Assembly (NCBI GenBank): GCA_024277205.1 | Contig: JAJRVP010000013.1 | Coordinates: 8,735 to 72,734 of the forward strand | DNA length: 64,000 nucleotides | Origin: an archaeon | GTDB taxonomy: Archaea; Nanobdellota; Nanobdellia; CSSed11-243R1 | Direction: 5' to 3' | Shown here: in pieces, positions 10,850 to 20,626 of the stretch | How positions within the stretch are numbered: the stretch's first letter is position 1 | How the letters are laid out: each line of letters opens with the position of its first letter | The notes under the pieces: model-generated | Database searches by the model: none | The model's input: the letters and a program-made list of their open reading frames with translations, nothing else | Told to the model about the DNA's origin: nothing | Translations under genes and position numbers: made by a program

Positions 10850-13024
10850 ATGGCAGAAAAAGAATCTATGCTTGAAAAAATAAAAAGAGCAATGAAGGTT
10901 AAAGAACAAATTAGAAATATAGGTGTAGTTGCTCATATTGACCATGGAAAAACCACATGTTGTGATTCTCTTCTTGCTGGTTGTGGAATGCTTTCGTATG
11001 AAAAAGCAGGAGAAATTTGTTTCATGGACACAAAAGAAGTAGAGCAAGAAAGAGGTATTACTGTTCAATCTGCAGATGTAAACATGGTTCATGAATATAA
11101 AGGAAAGGAATACCTGATTAATCTTATTGATACTCCAGGACATGTCGACTTTGGCGGAGATGTAACAAGAGCAATTAGGGCTATTGATGGGGCTCTTGTT
11201 TTAGCAGATGCTGCTGAAGGAGTAATGCCACAGACAGAAACAGTTTTAAGACAAGCGTTAAGAGAAAGAGTAAAACCTGTTCTGTTCATAAACAAAGCAG
11301 ATAGGTTAATCTCTGAACTTAGGCTTAATCCTCAACAAATTCAAGAAAGATTTTTAAAAATAATTTCAGATGTAAACAAACTTATTCGAGATTTATCTCC
11401 TGAAGAATTTAAAGAGAAATGGCAGGTTAATGTTCAAGAAGGAAGTGTTTGCTTTGGTTCTGCTATTCACAAATGGGCGCTTTCATTTCCTGTTATGAAA
11501 GAAACTGGTTTGAGTTTTAAGGATGTTGTAGAAGCATACCAAAAAGGAAAAGAAGCAGTTGATGAATTTTCAAAAAAAGCACCTTTGCACATTGCAGTTC
11601 TTGATATGATTGTTAAACATCTTCCAAATCCAAAACAAGCTCAGCAATACAGAATGAAAGCTATTTGGCATGGAGATGAAAACTCTGAAGTGGGCAAAGC
11701 ACTTTTGAATTGTGATGAAAATGGTCCACTTGTTATGTGTGTTTCAAAAGTAGTAGTTGATCCTCATGCAGGCGAAATTGCAATTGCAAGAATATATTCT
11801 GGAACATTAAGCAGGGGTGCGCAAGTTTTCTTTAGCACAGGACAAGAAGCAAAAGCATCCCAAATATATGTTTGGAAAGGACAACACAAGTATCCTATTG
11901 ATTCTGCACCAGCAGGAAACATAGTTGGTGTTGTTGGGCTTAGAGGTGTTTCTTCAGGTGAGACAATTTCATCTATAAAAGATGTAGAACCATTTGAAAG
12001 CATTAAGCATATCTTTGAACCTGTTGTAACAAAAGCATTTGAAGCTAAGAACCCAAAAGATTTGAATAAATTAATTGAAGTTCTTAGAAACAAAAGCAGG
12101 GAAGACCCAACTCTTCGCGTTGAAATTAATGAAGAAACAGGTGAACACCTTGTCTCTGGATTGGGTGAACTTCATTTAGAAATTGTTGAAGATGATTTAA
12201 GAAGAGAGCATGGATTAGAAATAAAAACATCACCACCAATTGTTGTTTATAGAGAATCAGTAACAAAGAAATCTCCAATTGTAGAAGGAAAATCTCCAAA
12301 TAAGCACAACAAATTTTTGATTACTGTCGAACCATTGCCAGATAAGGCATTTGAAATGATTGAAGAAGGAGAACTTCCTGAAATAAAACCAAGAAAAAAA
12401 GATGAAGAGATATTCAAGAAACTTCAAGAAGCAGGTTTCAGCAGAGATGATGCAAAGCGTGTTAAAGATATTTTCAATGGTTCAATATTAATTGATAATA
12501 CTTCAGGTATTGTACACATTGGAGAAGTAATTGAAATGGTCATAAATGCATTTGAAGAAGTTATGAAAGCAGGGCCCGTTGCAAAAGAACCATGTATGAA
12601 AGTTCTTGTGAGATTAGTTGATTGTACTCTTCACGAAGATGCAATTCACAGAGGACCAGCACAAGTAATACCTGCTGTTAGGGATGCAATAAAACAAGCA
12701 TTTATGCAAGCAGAGCCAATACTTTACGAGCCAGTACAGACAATTAGAATTGATTCACCAGTGCAATTCATGGGTTCATTAAGCAAAATTGTTCAAAGCA
12801 GAAGAGGGCAATTGCTTGATATGCAACAAGAAGGAGAAACAATTGTTGCAATGGCAAAACTACCAGTTGCAGACATGTTTGGATTTACAGATTCCCTTAG
12901 AGGAGAAACAGAAGGAAGAGCATTTTGGTTCCTTGTGGATTCCAAATTTGAAAAGCTTCCAAAGTCATTGCAGGAAAATGTTGTTAAAAAGATAAGAGAA
13001 AGAAAAGGATTAAAAACTGAATAA
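10850..13024 (+). CDS. fusA: translation elongation factor 2 (aEF-2)
   Basis: 724 aa, GTPase G1 motif AHIDHGKTT, DTPGHVDF, NKADR, and the diphthamide-region HRG. Confidence 0.95.
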   Translation: MAEKESMLEKIKRAMKVKEQIRNIGVVAHIDHGKTTCCDSLLAGCGMLSYEKAGEICFMDTKEVEQERGITVQSADVNMVHEYKGKEYLINLIDTPGHVDFGGDVTRAIRAIDGALVLADAAEGVMPQTETVLRQALRERVKPVLFINKADRLISELRLNPQQIQERFLKIISDVNKLIRDLSPEEFKEKWQVNVQEGSVCFGSAIHKWALSFPVMKETGLSFKDVVEAYQKGKEAVDEFSKKAPLHIAVLDMIVKHLPNPKQAQQYRMKAIWHGDENSEVGKALLNCDENGPLVMCVSKVVVDPHAGEIAIARIYSGTLSRGAQVFFSTGQEAKASQIYVWKGQHKYPIDSAPAGNIVGVVGLRGVSSGETISSIKDVEPFESIKHIFEPVVTKAFEAKNPKDLNKLIEVLRNKSREDPTLRVEINEETGEHLVSGLGELHLEIVEDDLRREHGLEIKTSPPIVVYRESVTKKSPIVEGKSPNKHNKFLITVEPLPDKAFEMIEEGELPEIKPRKKDEEIFKKLQEAGFSRDDAKRVKDIFNGSILIDNTSGIVHIGEVIEMVINAFEEVMKAGPVAKEPCMKVLVRLVDCTLHEDAIHRGPAQVIPAVRDAIKQAFMQAEPILYEPVQTIRIDSPVQFMGSLSKIVQSRRGQLLDMQQEGETIVAMAKLPVADMFGFTDSLRGETEGRAFWFLVDSKFEKLPKSLQENVVKKIRERKGLKTE

Positions 13025-13110
13025 AAAGATTTTTAAACCCCCAATATTTTTAAAATCTATAATTTGGTGCTCAAAACCATGTTTAACTAAAAATCTGGAG
13101 GTTAGATAAT

Positions 13111-14376
13111 ATGGCAGCAAAACCACACATGAACTTGGTTGTAATTGGTCACGTAGACCATGGTAAATCAACAATAGTAGGTAGGATGCTTTTTGAAACA
13201 GGCACAATTACTGAACAGGATATTGAGAGATTGAAAAAAGAGGCAGCAGCTTTAGGGAAAGCTACATTTGAATTTGCATATGTACTTGATGCAACACGTG
13301 AGGAAAGATCAAGAGGAGTTACAATTGATTTGTCTCACATGAAATTCGAAACTCCAAAATATTATTTCACAATTATAGATGCACCAGGACACAGAGACTT
13401 TATTAAAAACATGATTACTGGTGCAGCACAAGCAGATGCAGCTGTACTTGTAGTTGCAGCAAAAGAAGGAATTCAACCACAAACAAAAGAACATGCATTC
13501 CTTGCAAAAGTTCTTGGAATTAAACAATTTATTGTTGCAATAAACAAGATGGACACAGTTGATTACAAAGAGGATGCATACAATTCATTGAAAGAGGAAT
13601 TAATTAAATTCCTTAAAACCGCAGGATTCAAAACAGATGAAATTCCATTCATACCTGTAAGCGCACTTGAAGGTGAAAATGTTACAAAGAAACTTGGAAA
13701 GATGGATTGGTGGAAAGGACCAACTTTGCTTGAAGCACTTGATGCACTTAAAGAACCAGAAAAACCAGTTGACTTGCCACTTAGACTACCAATTCAAGAT
13801 GTTTATTCAATTACAGGAATTGGAACTGTTCCAGTTGGCAGAGTTGAAACTGGTGTTATGAAAGTTGGACAAAAAGTAACATTTGAGCCAGCAAATGTTT
13901 CTGGTGAAGTAAAGTCAATTGAAATGCATCACGAACAAATGCAAGAAGCAAAACCAGGTGACAACATTGGTTTCAATGTGCGTGGTGTAACAAAAGAACA
14001 AATTAAAAGAGGAGATGTAGTTGGACCAGCAGATAAGCCACCAACAGTTGCAAAAGAATTCACAGCACAAATAATTATATTGCACCACCCAACTGCAATA
14101 AGCAAAGGTTACACACCAGTATTGCACGCACACACAACACAAGTTGCATGCAAGTTTAAGGAGTTAAAGCAAAAGCTTGACCCAAGAACAGGTCAAGTAG
14201 CACAAGAAAACCCGGACATGCTTAAAACAGGAGATGCAGCAGTTGTTGTGCTTGAACCACAAAAACCATTAGTGATTGAAAAGAGAAGCGAGATTCCAAA
14301 ACTTTCAAGCTTTGCAGTTAGAGACATGGGAGAAACAGTGGGGGCTGGCTTTGCAATTGACATTGTAAAGCGCTAA
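13111..14376 (+). CDS. tuf: translation elongation factor 1-alpha (aEF-1A)
   Basis: 421 aa, [21 protein letters not shown] motifs. Confidence 0.96.
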   Translation: MAAKPHMNLVVIGHVDHGKSTIVGRMLFETGTITEQDIERLKKEAAALGKATFEFAYVLDATREERSRGVTIDLSHMKFETPKYYFTIIDAPGHRDFIKNMITGAAQADAAVLVVAAKEGIQPQTKEHAFLAKVLGIKQFIVAINKMDTVDYKEDAYNSLKEELIKFLKTAGFKTDEIPFIPVSALEGENVTKKLGKMDWWKGPTLLEALDALKEPEKPVDLPLRLPIQDVYSITGIGTVPVGRVETGVMKVGQKVTFEPANVSGEVKSIEMHHEQMQEAKPGDNIGFNVRGVTKEQIKRGDVVGPADKPPTVAKEFTAQIIILHHPTAISKGYTPVLHAHTTQVACKFKELKQKLDPRTGQVAQENPDMLKTGDAAVVVLEPQKPLVIEKRSEIPKLSSFAVRDMGETVGAGFAIDIVKR

Positions 14377-14377
14377 T

Positions 14378-14407
14378 TTCTTTCTTTTTAATCTCTTTTC
14401 TTTTGGT
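14378..14407 (+). terminator. pyrimidine/T-rich tract after tuf (candidate archaeal oligo-T terminator)
   Basis: tttctttctttttaatctcttttcttttgg immediately after the tuf stop. Confidence 0.3.
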
Positions 14408-14494
14408 AAAGCTTTTTCTTCCTAAGAGAACTGTTTTTTGATAAAGTTTATTAATAAGTGAGGCATATACTATGTAATCTTTTGGGGTGGTAAA

Positions 14495-15163
14495 TTGATG
14501 AATAGTAAAGGCGATGATATTCTTCCTATCGAATTGATCCTACTTGCAGGGTTTAGCAAAAGTGCTGGTATAAATGTTCATGGTGCTGCGTACAAGCTTA
14601 GAAGAACACATCATTATGTTGGTGAAGCTATTTTAACTCTTTCAACTGCATATGATAAACCTATTCTTGAAGAAAGGAAACCCGTTCATATTCCTGGAGG
14701 GTTTATTCCAACAAGTGTGCTTAGGGATACAAAGGATTTTGAATGGGCAAAAGAAGAATACGCTAAATTGACTGGTAAAGATTATTTAATCATTGAGCTT
14801 TACCCATATGGTTATTTTGGATATGTTGCAAAACATCTTTTTGAAAAAGGAGAGGATAGCATTAATGGAGTTGTAAAAGAATTGAATGAAAAAGCAATAG
14901 CGCCATATGAAGTTTTTGCAGCGTTCAATGTTATGGGGGATCCAAAAAAACATAATGTTGAATATGGCCCTATTGCGAAAATTTTTGGAGGATACCATGA
15001 TGCGCGCGCCCAGATTTTAGAAGGAATTTCACAAAAAGATGTTGAAGAAATTTACGAGCTCTACTTTAGAAGAACAGAATGGAAAAGAGACGGATTGGAA
15101 TGCAAGCTTAATTTTGATGGAAGCATTGAACTAATCCCTTACGAATTTGAAATAGATAGTTAA
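14495..15163 (+). CDS. hypothetical protein (222 aa)
   Basis: ORF inserted between tuf and rps10; no recognisable motif. Confidence 0.5.
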   Translation: MMNSKGDDILPIELILLAGFSKSAGINVHGAAYKLRRTHHYVGEAILTLSTAYDKPILEERKPVHIPGGFIPTSVLRDTKDFEWAKEEYAKLTGKDYLIIELYPYGYFGYVAKHLFEKGEDSINGVVKELNEKAIAPYEVFAAFNVMGDPKKHNVEYGPIAKIFGGYHDARAQILEGISQKDVEEIYELYFRRTEWKRDGLECKLNFDGSIELIPYEFEIDS

Positions 15164-15201
15164 GGAAATATATATTAACAAATATTGAGTTAGGATAAAG
15201 G

Positions 15202-15537
15202 GTGATGCCCATGACTGAAGTTATTTCTAAGAATATGCACGTTGAAGTACTTAAGCCCGAGTATCTTATATCTATTGCTGATTACATCCGCTCTCATAAG
15301 CAAGTACGTATTGATTCATTGTTTGAAGAGTTTAAACATATAAAACAATACCTGATTAAGGAAGCGTTATTCATTCTTGAAGAGCCAAAGTTTTTTGATA
15401 TAAATTTAGATCCTGTGATAAAGAAAGAAGATGGTTTGGTGAAGTTAATTAGCTCAGAACTACAGATAGCATCCCTTCTTCATCACTATCGTAACGATGT
15501 ATATCCGCACGTGAAAGCATTATATCTTCTTTTTTGA
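15202..15537 (+). CDS. hypothetical protein (111 aa)
   Basis: ORF inserted between tuf and rps10. Confidence 0.4.
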   Translation: MMPMTEVISKNMHVEVLKPEYLISIADYIRSHKQVRIDSLFEEFKHIKQYLIKEALFILEEPKFFDINLDPVIKKEDGLVKLISSELQIASLLHHYRNDVYPHVKALYLLF

Positions 15538-15659
15538 TTTTTTAGAAAGAGATACCAACACCCAAGTAATTCTTAGCGAGGGAGACTTGAATTATCAATA
15601 GAAAATATTGATTATGCTCGTTAGTAACTTTTATAAACCCCTTTTGATGTGAGAATTAT

Positions 15660-15968
15660 ATGCCAACAGCAAGAATAAGGTTGAGTTCAATCGACCCAAA
15701 ACAATTGAATGAAATTGTTAGTCAAATAAAGGAAATTGCAGATAAAACTAAAGTTAAGTATTCTGGTCCAATTCCTTTTCCAACAAAGAGACTTAAGATT
15801 CCTCTTCGCACTTCTCCAGATGGCAGAGGAAGAGAACTTTATGAAACTTGGGAGATGAGAGTTCATAAAAGAGTTATGGATTTGGACATAGATGAAAGAG
15901 CATTAAGATTAATAATGAGAATCCCAATGCCTAAAGACGTTAATGTTGAAATAGAAATTATAGAATAA
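15660..15968 (+). CDS. rps10: ribosomal protein S10 (uS10)
   Basis: 102 aa, S10 family (IRLSSIDPKQL..., PFPTKRLKIPLRTSPDGRG). Confidence 0.9.
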   Translation: MPTARIRLSSIDPKQLNEIVSQIKEIADKTKVKYSGPIPFPTKRLKIPLRTSPDGRGRELYETWEMRVHKRVMDLDIDERALRLIMRIPMPKDVNVEIEIIE

Positions 15969-16031
15969 TCCTTCTTTGACGCCTTTTTCTAATCCCAAAG
16001 TTAATATATAATAACTGATTTAGATATTACT

Positions 16032-16334
16032 ATGGAGGGGTGTAGTAACCTCGAAGGGACGTGTAATTCTTTTTTAGAAAGAAGTTCTTTATTGCTAAAA
16101 GCAATTAATGAGTCAGATAAGGAAGAGATAATTAGGACTGCTAAGATCTGGATAAAAGAATATCAATATTTTTTCGAAAAGCCAATGGTAATTCTTCCAG
16201 CTAATTATTTTTCTGTATTATCTTATTTGCACAATAACAATCATGGTATTTCAAAAGATAAAGTTTTAGAAGCAGCGCATCTGTTTTTGAATGGACTTGG
16301 TGCCTATAATAACTATTATCTAATTAATACTTAA
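16032..16334 (+). CDS. hypothetical protein (100 aa)
   Basis: ORF only. Confidence 0.35.
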   Translation: MEGCSNLEGTCNSFLERSSLLLKAINESDKEEIIRTAKIWIKEYQYFFEKPMVILPANYFSVLSYLHNNNHGISKDKVLEAAHLFLNGLGAYNNYYLINT

Positions 16335-16367
16335 ACTATAAAAATTATAAACTATTCTAAATATTGA

Positions 16368-16631
16368 ATGGGAAGATTACCAAAAGGCTGGAAAAAGAGC
16401 ATAGAAAACGATAATGTTATTGCTTATTCTAAAAAGAACTATGTTATATATATATTGAAGCACAAAAAGCCAAAAAAGCATTTTTGCGTTGAGCCCTTCA
16501 GAAAATTGGCAAACTACAAGCGCAGGCTTTTCACAAAAAAATTTCAAAAGCTTTCTTCTGCAAAAAAATTTGTTTGGGATTTAATGAAGCAAAAAGAAAT
16601 TCGTGGATACTATTTAAAAAATAAGGATTAA
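16368..16631 (+). CDS. hypothetical small basic protein (87 aa)
   Basis: ORF only; lysine-rich. Confidence 0.35.
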   Translation: MGRLPKGWKKSIENDNVIAYSKKNYVIYILKHKKPKKHFCVEPFRKLANYKRRLFTKKFQKLSSAKKFVWDLMKQKEIRGYYLKNKD

Positions 16632-17485
16632 TCTCTGCTATATCCCAATATACTAAATGTAATTATTGATGCTAGATGCACACATATTAAGTTTACCAAT
16701 GTTAAACCAACAGCCCCAGTGAAAAGCAACCAATTGGACATACTAATTCCAATCCCAATTGTGACAGCAGGAGGTATTAATGCTACAGCAATTGCAACAC
16801 CACTGAATTCACCGAGATTTCTTGTTGCAACACTTAATGCCCCAGCTGCGCCAGAAAATATGGCAATTCCAATATCAAAAAATGAAATTAAGCTTCTTCC
16901 TAACAATAAGGGATTTAGATTAATCTGTTGTATTACACCAGTTATTATCATGCCCCAAAATATTGCTAACAATATACCCCACAATTCTGAGGAAAGAGTT
17001 TTCGAAAGTTTTCGTACATCACTTTTTAAAAGATAATAACTACTTCCTATTAATGGATAAAGAAGAGGCGCAATTAACATACCTCCGATTACTACAATTA
17101 TATTTTCACCTAAAAGCCCAAATGCAATGATTATTGCTGAAAGCGAAATAAAACTTATATAAACCCAATTTAATGTGGCGCCTGCTTTTATGTCTGCTTC
17201 AATTTCTTCTTCAGAAATTGTTGGAGCTAATTCTTTTTTTCGTCTAGAAGGAACAGATGCCTTAACATCAATTATTGTAATAGAATTTTCAAATGACTTC
17301 CCAAAACCAGCTTTTTCTAATTCACCAAGCAAATGTCCAGTTTCTTTATCAGTTGTAAGAATTTCAAATTTGTAATATTTTTTTGTAGGTGTTAAGTCAT
17401 AGGAGATTATCTTTTTTTTAGCCAAGATATCCATAACTGCTTTTTTTTCTTTGTTGTTTCTTGTAAGCACTTTTATTAATTTCAT
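16628..17485 (-). CDS. membrane protein with N-terminal soluble domain and C-terminal multi-TM domain (DUF389-like)
   Basis: Hydrophobic C-terminal half; architecture resembles DUF389/TIGR00341 membrane proteins; last gene of the minus-strand ABC operon. Confidence 0.45.
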   Translation of the reverse strand: MKLIKVLTRNNKEKKAVMDILAKKKIISYDLTPTKKYYKFEILTTDKETGHLLGELEKAGFGKSFENSITIIDVKASVPSRRKKELAPTISEEEIEADIKAGATLNWVYISFISLSAIIIAFGLLGENIIVVIGGMLIAPLLYPLIGSSYYLLKSDVRKLSKTLSSELWGILLAIFWGMIITGVIQQINLNPLLLGRSLISFFDIGIAIFSGAAGALSVATRNLGEFSGVAIAVALIPPAVTIGIGISMSNWLLFTGAVGLTLVNLICVHLASIITFSILGYSRD

Positions 17486-17533
17486 GACCTCACCTTTTAT
17501 TTTTCAAAAAGTTACAAAGTTAAAAGCATTACT

Positions 17534-18760
17534 CTACTCATATCTGAGGGCATCTACAGGATTTAAGCTAGATGCTTTCTTAGCAGGCAACAAACCAGCA
17601 ACACAACCCATTGTAAAAGATAGGATTAATGCGCCAATTATCAAGTCAATTCCAACATAGGCTTTTAATGGCACAAATAATGTGGCTGATGCAAACATTT
17701 CAACTGCTTTTGCCATGCTGATACCCAAAATAATCCCTACTGTACCACCAACAACACCAAGGATTCCAGATTCAATTAGGAATATTTGCATAATATTTGA
17801 ATTTGTCGCACCAATAGATTTCATAATTCCAATCTCTTTTGTTCTTTCTAACACAGAAGTATACATAGTATTCATCACACCAACAGAGCCAACAATTAAT
17901 GAGATAGCGCCTATCCCAACCAAAACAACTTGAATTGTGCCAAAAAGTTGATTAATTAACCTTAGCAAATCTTCACTTGTTCTAACCTCAAAAGTTTCTT
18001 CACCTTTTTCCTGGTTTTTAAAATCTCTTAATGCTTTTTCAACTTCTTCTTTTACATTTATTGGACTATACCCTTCTTTTGTTTTTGCAAATATCATTGT
18101 TATCTCATCTTTTGTACCACTTATCTTTCTCAATTCTTCTATGGGTATAACAACTGAACTATCATCCTGGTTATTCCCTATTGGTTTGTATATACCTACA
18201 ACCTTGAATGCAGTATCTCCAATTTCTAATTTATCTCGTATTTCTACTTCATCTTTAAAGATATCCCCGCTTCCTAAAAGAGAACCCACAGTTGCTTTTA
18301 ATTTATCTCCTGGTTTTAGTTGTCTTCCTTTGTCAACTTTAAAACCTTGGACTTCTTCAAACAATTTTTCAGTTTCTTCATCTGTGGAAATTCCTATTAC
18401 ATTTATGAATTGAATTTCATCTCTAAACTTGACAGGCATTTGTTGAAAAATAATTGCCGAAACCAAATCTACACCATCCACATCCCTTATCACATCCACA
18501 TCTTTTTCAGTTAAACTAATGGTGCTAGAGGGAGGGCCAAATCCACCCATTCCACGAGGAGTAATGAAAAGTTTATCAGAACCAAATAATTGAAATTGCC
18601 TTTCAACCTCTTTATTCAATCCAACGCTCAGCGAAATTAAAGCAACCACAGAGCCAATGCCAATTATAATCCCAATAATTGTTAGCCAACTTCTTAATCT
18701 TCTTTTTCTTAAATTAATAAATGAAAGTTTTAAAAAATCTTTAATCATTTTCTTTTCCAA
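17534..18760 (-). CDS. ABC transporter permease, MacB/FtsX-like
   Basis: N-terminal TM, large extracytoplasmic domain, and three C-terminal TM helices (FtsX-like permease architecture); start overlaps the upstream gene. Confidence 0.75.
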   Translation of the reverse strand: MEKKMIKDFLKLSFINLRKRRLRSWLTIIGIIIGIGSVVALISLSVGLNKEVERQFQLFGSDKLFITPRGMGGFGPPSSTISLTEKDVDVIRDVDGVDLVSAIIFQQMPVKFRDEIQFINVIGISTDEETEKLFEEVQGFKVDKGRQLKPGDKLKATVGSLLGSGDIFKDEVEIRDKLEIGDTAFKVVGIYKPIGNNQDDSSVVIPIEELRKISGTKDEITMIFAKTKEGYSPINVKEEVEKALRDFKNQEKGEETFEVRTSEDLLRLINQLFGTIQVVLVGIGAISLIVGSVGVMNTMYTSVLERTKEIGIMKSIGATNSNIMQIFLIESGILGVVGGTVGIILGISMAKAVEMFASATLFVPLKAYVGIDLIIGALILSFTMGCVAGLLPAKKASSLNPVDALRYE

Positions 18761-19971
18761 TAGTAATTATACACAAGATAACCAACTATACCTATTATGA
18801 TTAAACCAACAACCCATGCATAGTTCGTGCTTTCTTTTAAGCCATATCTGTTTATTTCAGAGCTTGTATATAGCTTTAATCCAACATCTATGTTTTCCAC
18901 ATATTCATTGTTATTGTTGTCAAAATAATTGACTTCAAAAGGCAAAATTACTTCTTTTGCATTAGTTGGTTTTACATAAAGTTTGAATTCAACAGTATCT
19001 GTATCATCAGAGTCTAAGTCTCCAATGTAAATCTTATCTCCTGTTAATTTTTCAAAATTGTCTGAATCAAGAAGTTTTATGTTTAAGAATCTTAAATCAG
19101 TTAAACCACTATTTACAACAATTAATTTTACAATTCCAGATTCTCCTGCTTTTAGAATTTCACTTTCATCTAGGTAAATATTGAATTTTGGTTTATCTCC
19201 AACAGTCACACCAATGATATCATTTCTTACATAATCTGCTCCAGTGCTGTCATAATAACTTATTTCTACAGGTATTTTGTATATACCGCTTTTTGCATCA
19301 GAAGAAGTGATAACATTAAATTCAATTTTTTCTATTTTTCCAGATTCGATAAGATAAATTCTTTTTTCAGTTGTTGAGTTTATGGGTGCAAAAGGAAGAG
19401 ATGAATTTGTTAAATCAAGTTTTATGTTAATGTTGCTTAAGAAAGAGTCGGCCATGTTTTCTAATTCAAAAATAATTTTTGAAATTTTTCCAGGAACTAG
19501 AATTTCAGGAAGTGTATATGTTTTTTCAATTGATAGAATGGAATCATGGGTTTGCACAAAGATATTTATTCTCTTGGTTAACCAATCATAACTTCCATAC
19601 TTGTATGCCACATCTAAGTAATTGTCTCCTTGAACTGCATTTTCATCTACTCTTACTTTGAATTTTAATATTACTTCCCTACCCCCAAGTATTGTTCCAA
19701 TATCTCTAAATCCATCTTCATTCGAATCAAATGAAAAGGGATATTGTGGTGATAATTGAATCATAACATTTTCTGCGGGGTCTCCACCAACATTTTCTAT
19801 TTTTAACCAAACATCTAAATACTTTCCAGGTTCAGCAGGATAAGGTTCATATTTAGTAACCTCAATAGATAAACCTGCAGAACGGGCGGATGATACCCCA
19901 ACTATTAAAAATAACATGGCAATAAAAATTAAAATTTTTTTCATAATACTAACCCCCGACAATTTTTCCAT
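18745..19971 (-). CDS. secreted beta-rich surface protein with C-terminal TM anchor (CARDB-like repeats)
   Basis: Signal peptide, repeated beta-strand-rich segments, C-terminal hydrophobic helix plus basic tail (YNYYWKRK). Confidence 0.55.
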   Translation of the reverse strand: MEKLSGVSIMKKILIFIAMLFLIVGVSSARSAGLSIEVTKYEPYPAEPGKYLDVWLKIENVGGDPAENVMIQLSPQYPFSFDSNEDGFRDIGTILGGREVILKFKVRVDENAVQGDNYLDVAYKYGSYDWLTKRINIFVQTHDSILSIEKTYTLPEILVPGKISKIIFELENMADSFLSNINIKLDLTNSSLPFAPINSTTEKRIYLIESGKIEKIEFNVITSSDAKSGIYKIPVEISYYDSTGADYVRNDIIGVTVGDKPKFNIYLDESEILKAGESGIVKLIVVNSGLTDLRFLNIKLLDSDNFEKLTGDKIYIGDLDSDDTDTVEFKLYVKPTNAKEVILPFEVNYFDNNNNEYVENIDVGLKLYTSSEINRYGLKESTNYAWVVGLIIIGIVGYLVYNYYWKRK

Positions 19972-20626
19972 CTTTTAATTTTATCAATCTTTGTAATCCT
20001 CTTGATATATCTAAATCATGCGTTACTATTATAATTGTTTTTCCTTCTTTTTTATTTAGCGCAATTAGTAAGTCCATTATTTCCCTTCCTGTTTTTGAAT
20101 CGAGATTCCCAGTGGGCTCATCTGCTAGGATCATATCTGGATTATTTGCAAGAGCCCTTGCAACTGCAACCCTTTGTCTTTCTCCACCACTCATCTCAGA
20201 AGGGAGATGGTTAATTCTATTTCCCAAACCCACAAGTTTAAGCAATTTTACCGCTCGTTTTTTTCTTATTTCTGGAAGGACATTTTGAAAAATCATTGGG
20301 AGTTCAACATTTTCTAAGGCAGTAAGAGATGGAAGAAGGTTAAAAGTTTGAAAAACAAAACCAATTTCCTTTCCTCTTAAAATTGCTAGTTCACTTTCTT
20401 TAAACTTAGTTATATCTTTTCCTTTAAAGAAAATTTTACCTTTTGTTGGCACATCTAATGTTCCAATTAAGTGCATACAAGTAGATTTTCCAGAACCAGA
20501 CGGTCCGATAATACCGACTAGTTCGCCTTTATTTATATTAAAAGAAACACCTCTTAATGCAGGGACATCTACTTTTCCCAATTTATATATTTTCCAAACA
20601 TCTCTAAACTCAATTAAATGTTTCAT
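19949..20626 (-). CDS. ABC transporter ATP-binding protein (MacB/LolD-like)
   Basis: Walker A GPSGSGKST, signature LSGGERQR, Walker B ILADEPT. Confidence 0.9.
   Translation of the reverse strand: MKHLIEFRDVWKIYKLGKVDVPALRGVSFNINKGELVGIIGPSGSGKSTCMHLIGTLDVPTKGKIFFKGKDITKFKESELAILRGKEIGFVFQTFNLLPSLTALENVELPMIFQNVLPEIRKKRAVKLLKLVGLGNRINHLPSEMSGGERQRVAVARALANNPDMILADEPTGNLDSKTGREIMDLLIALNKKEGKTIIIVTHDLDISRGLQRLIKLKDGKIVGG

Noticed and set aside
15538-15659. Hairpin (ATCAATA-gaaaa-TATTGAT within CGAG...CTCG) upstream of rps10 as an ncRNA
   Set aside because: Too short and AT-rich to call an RNA gene. It could equally be a promoter- or terminator-associated palindrome.
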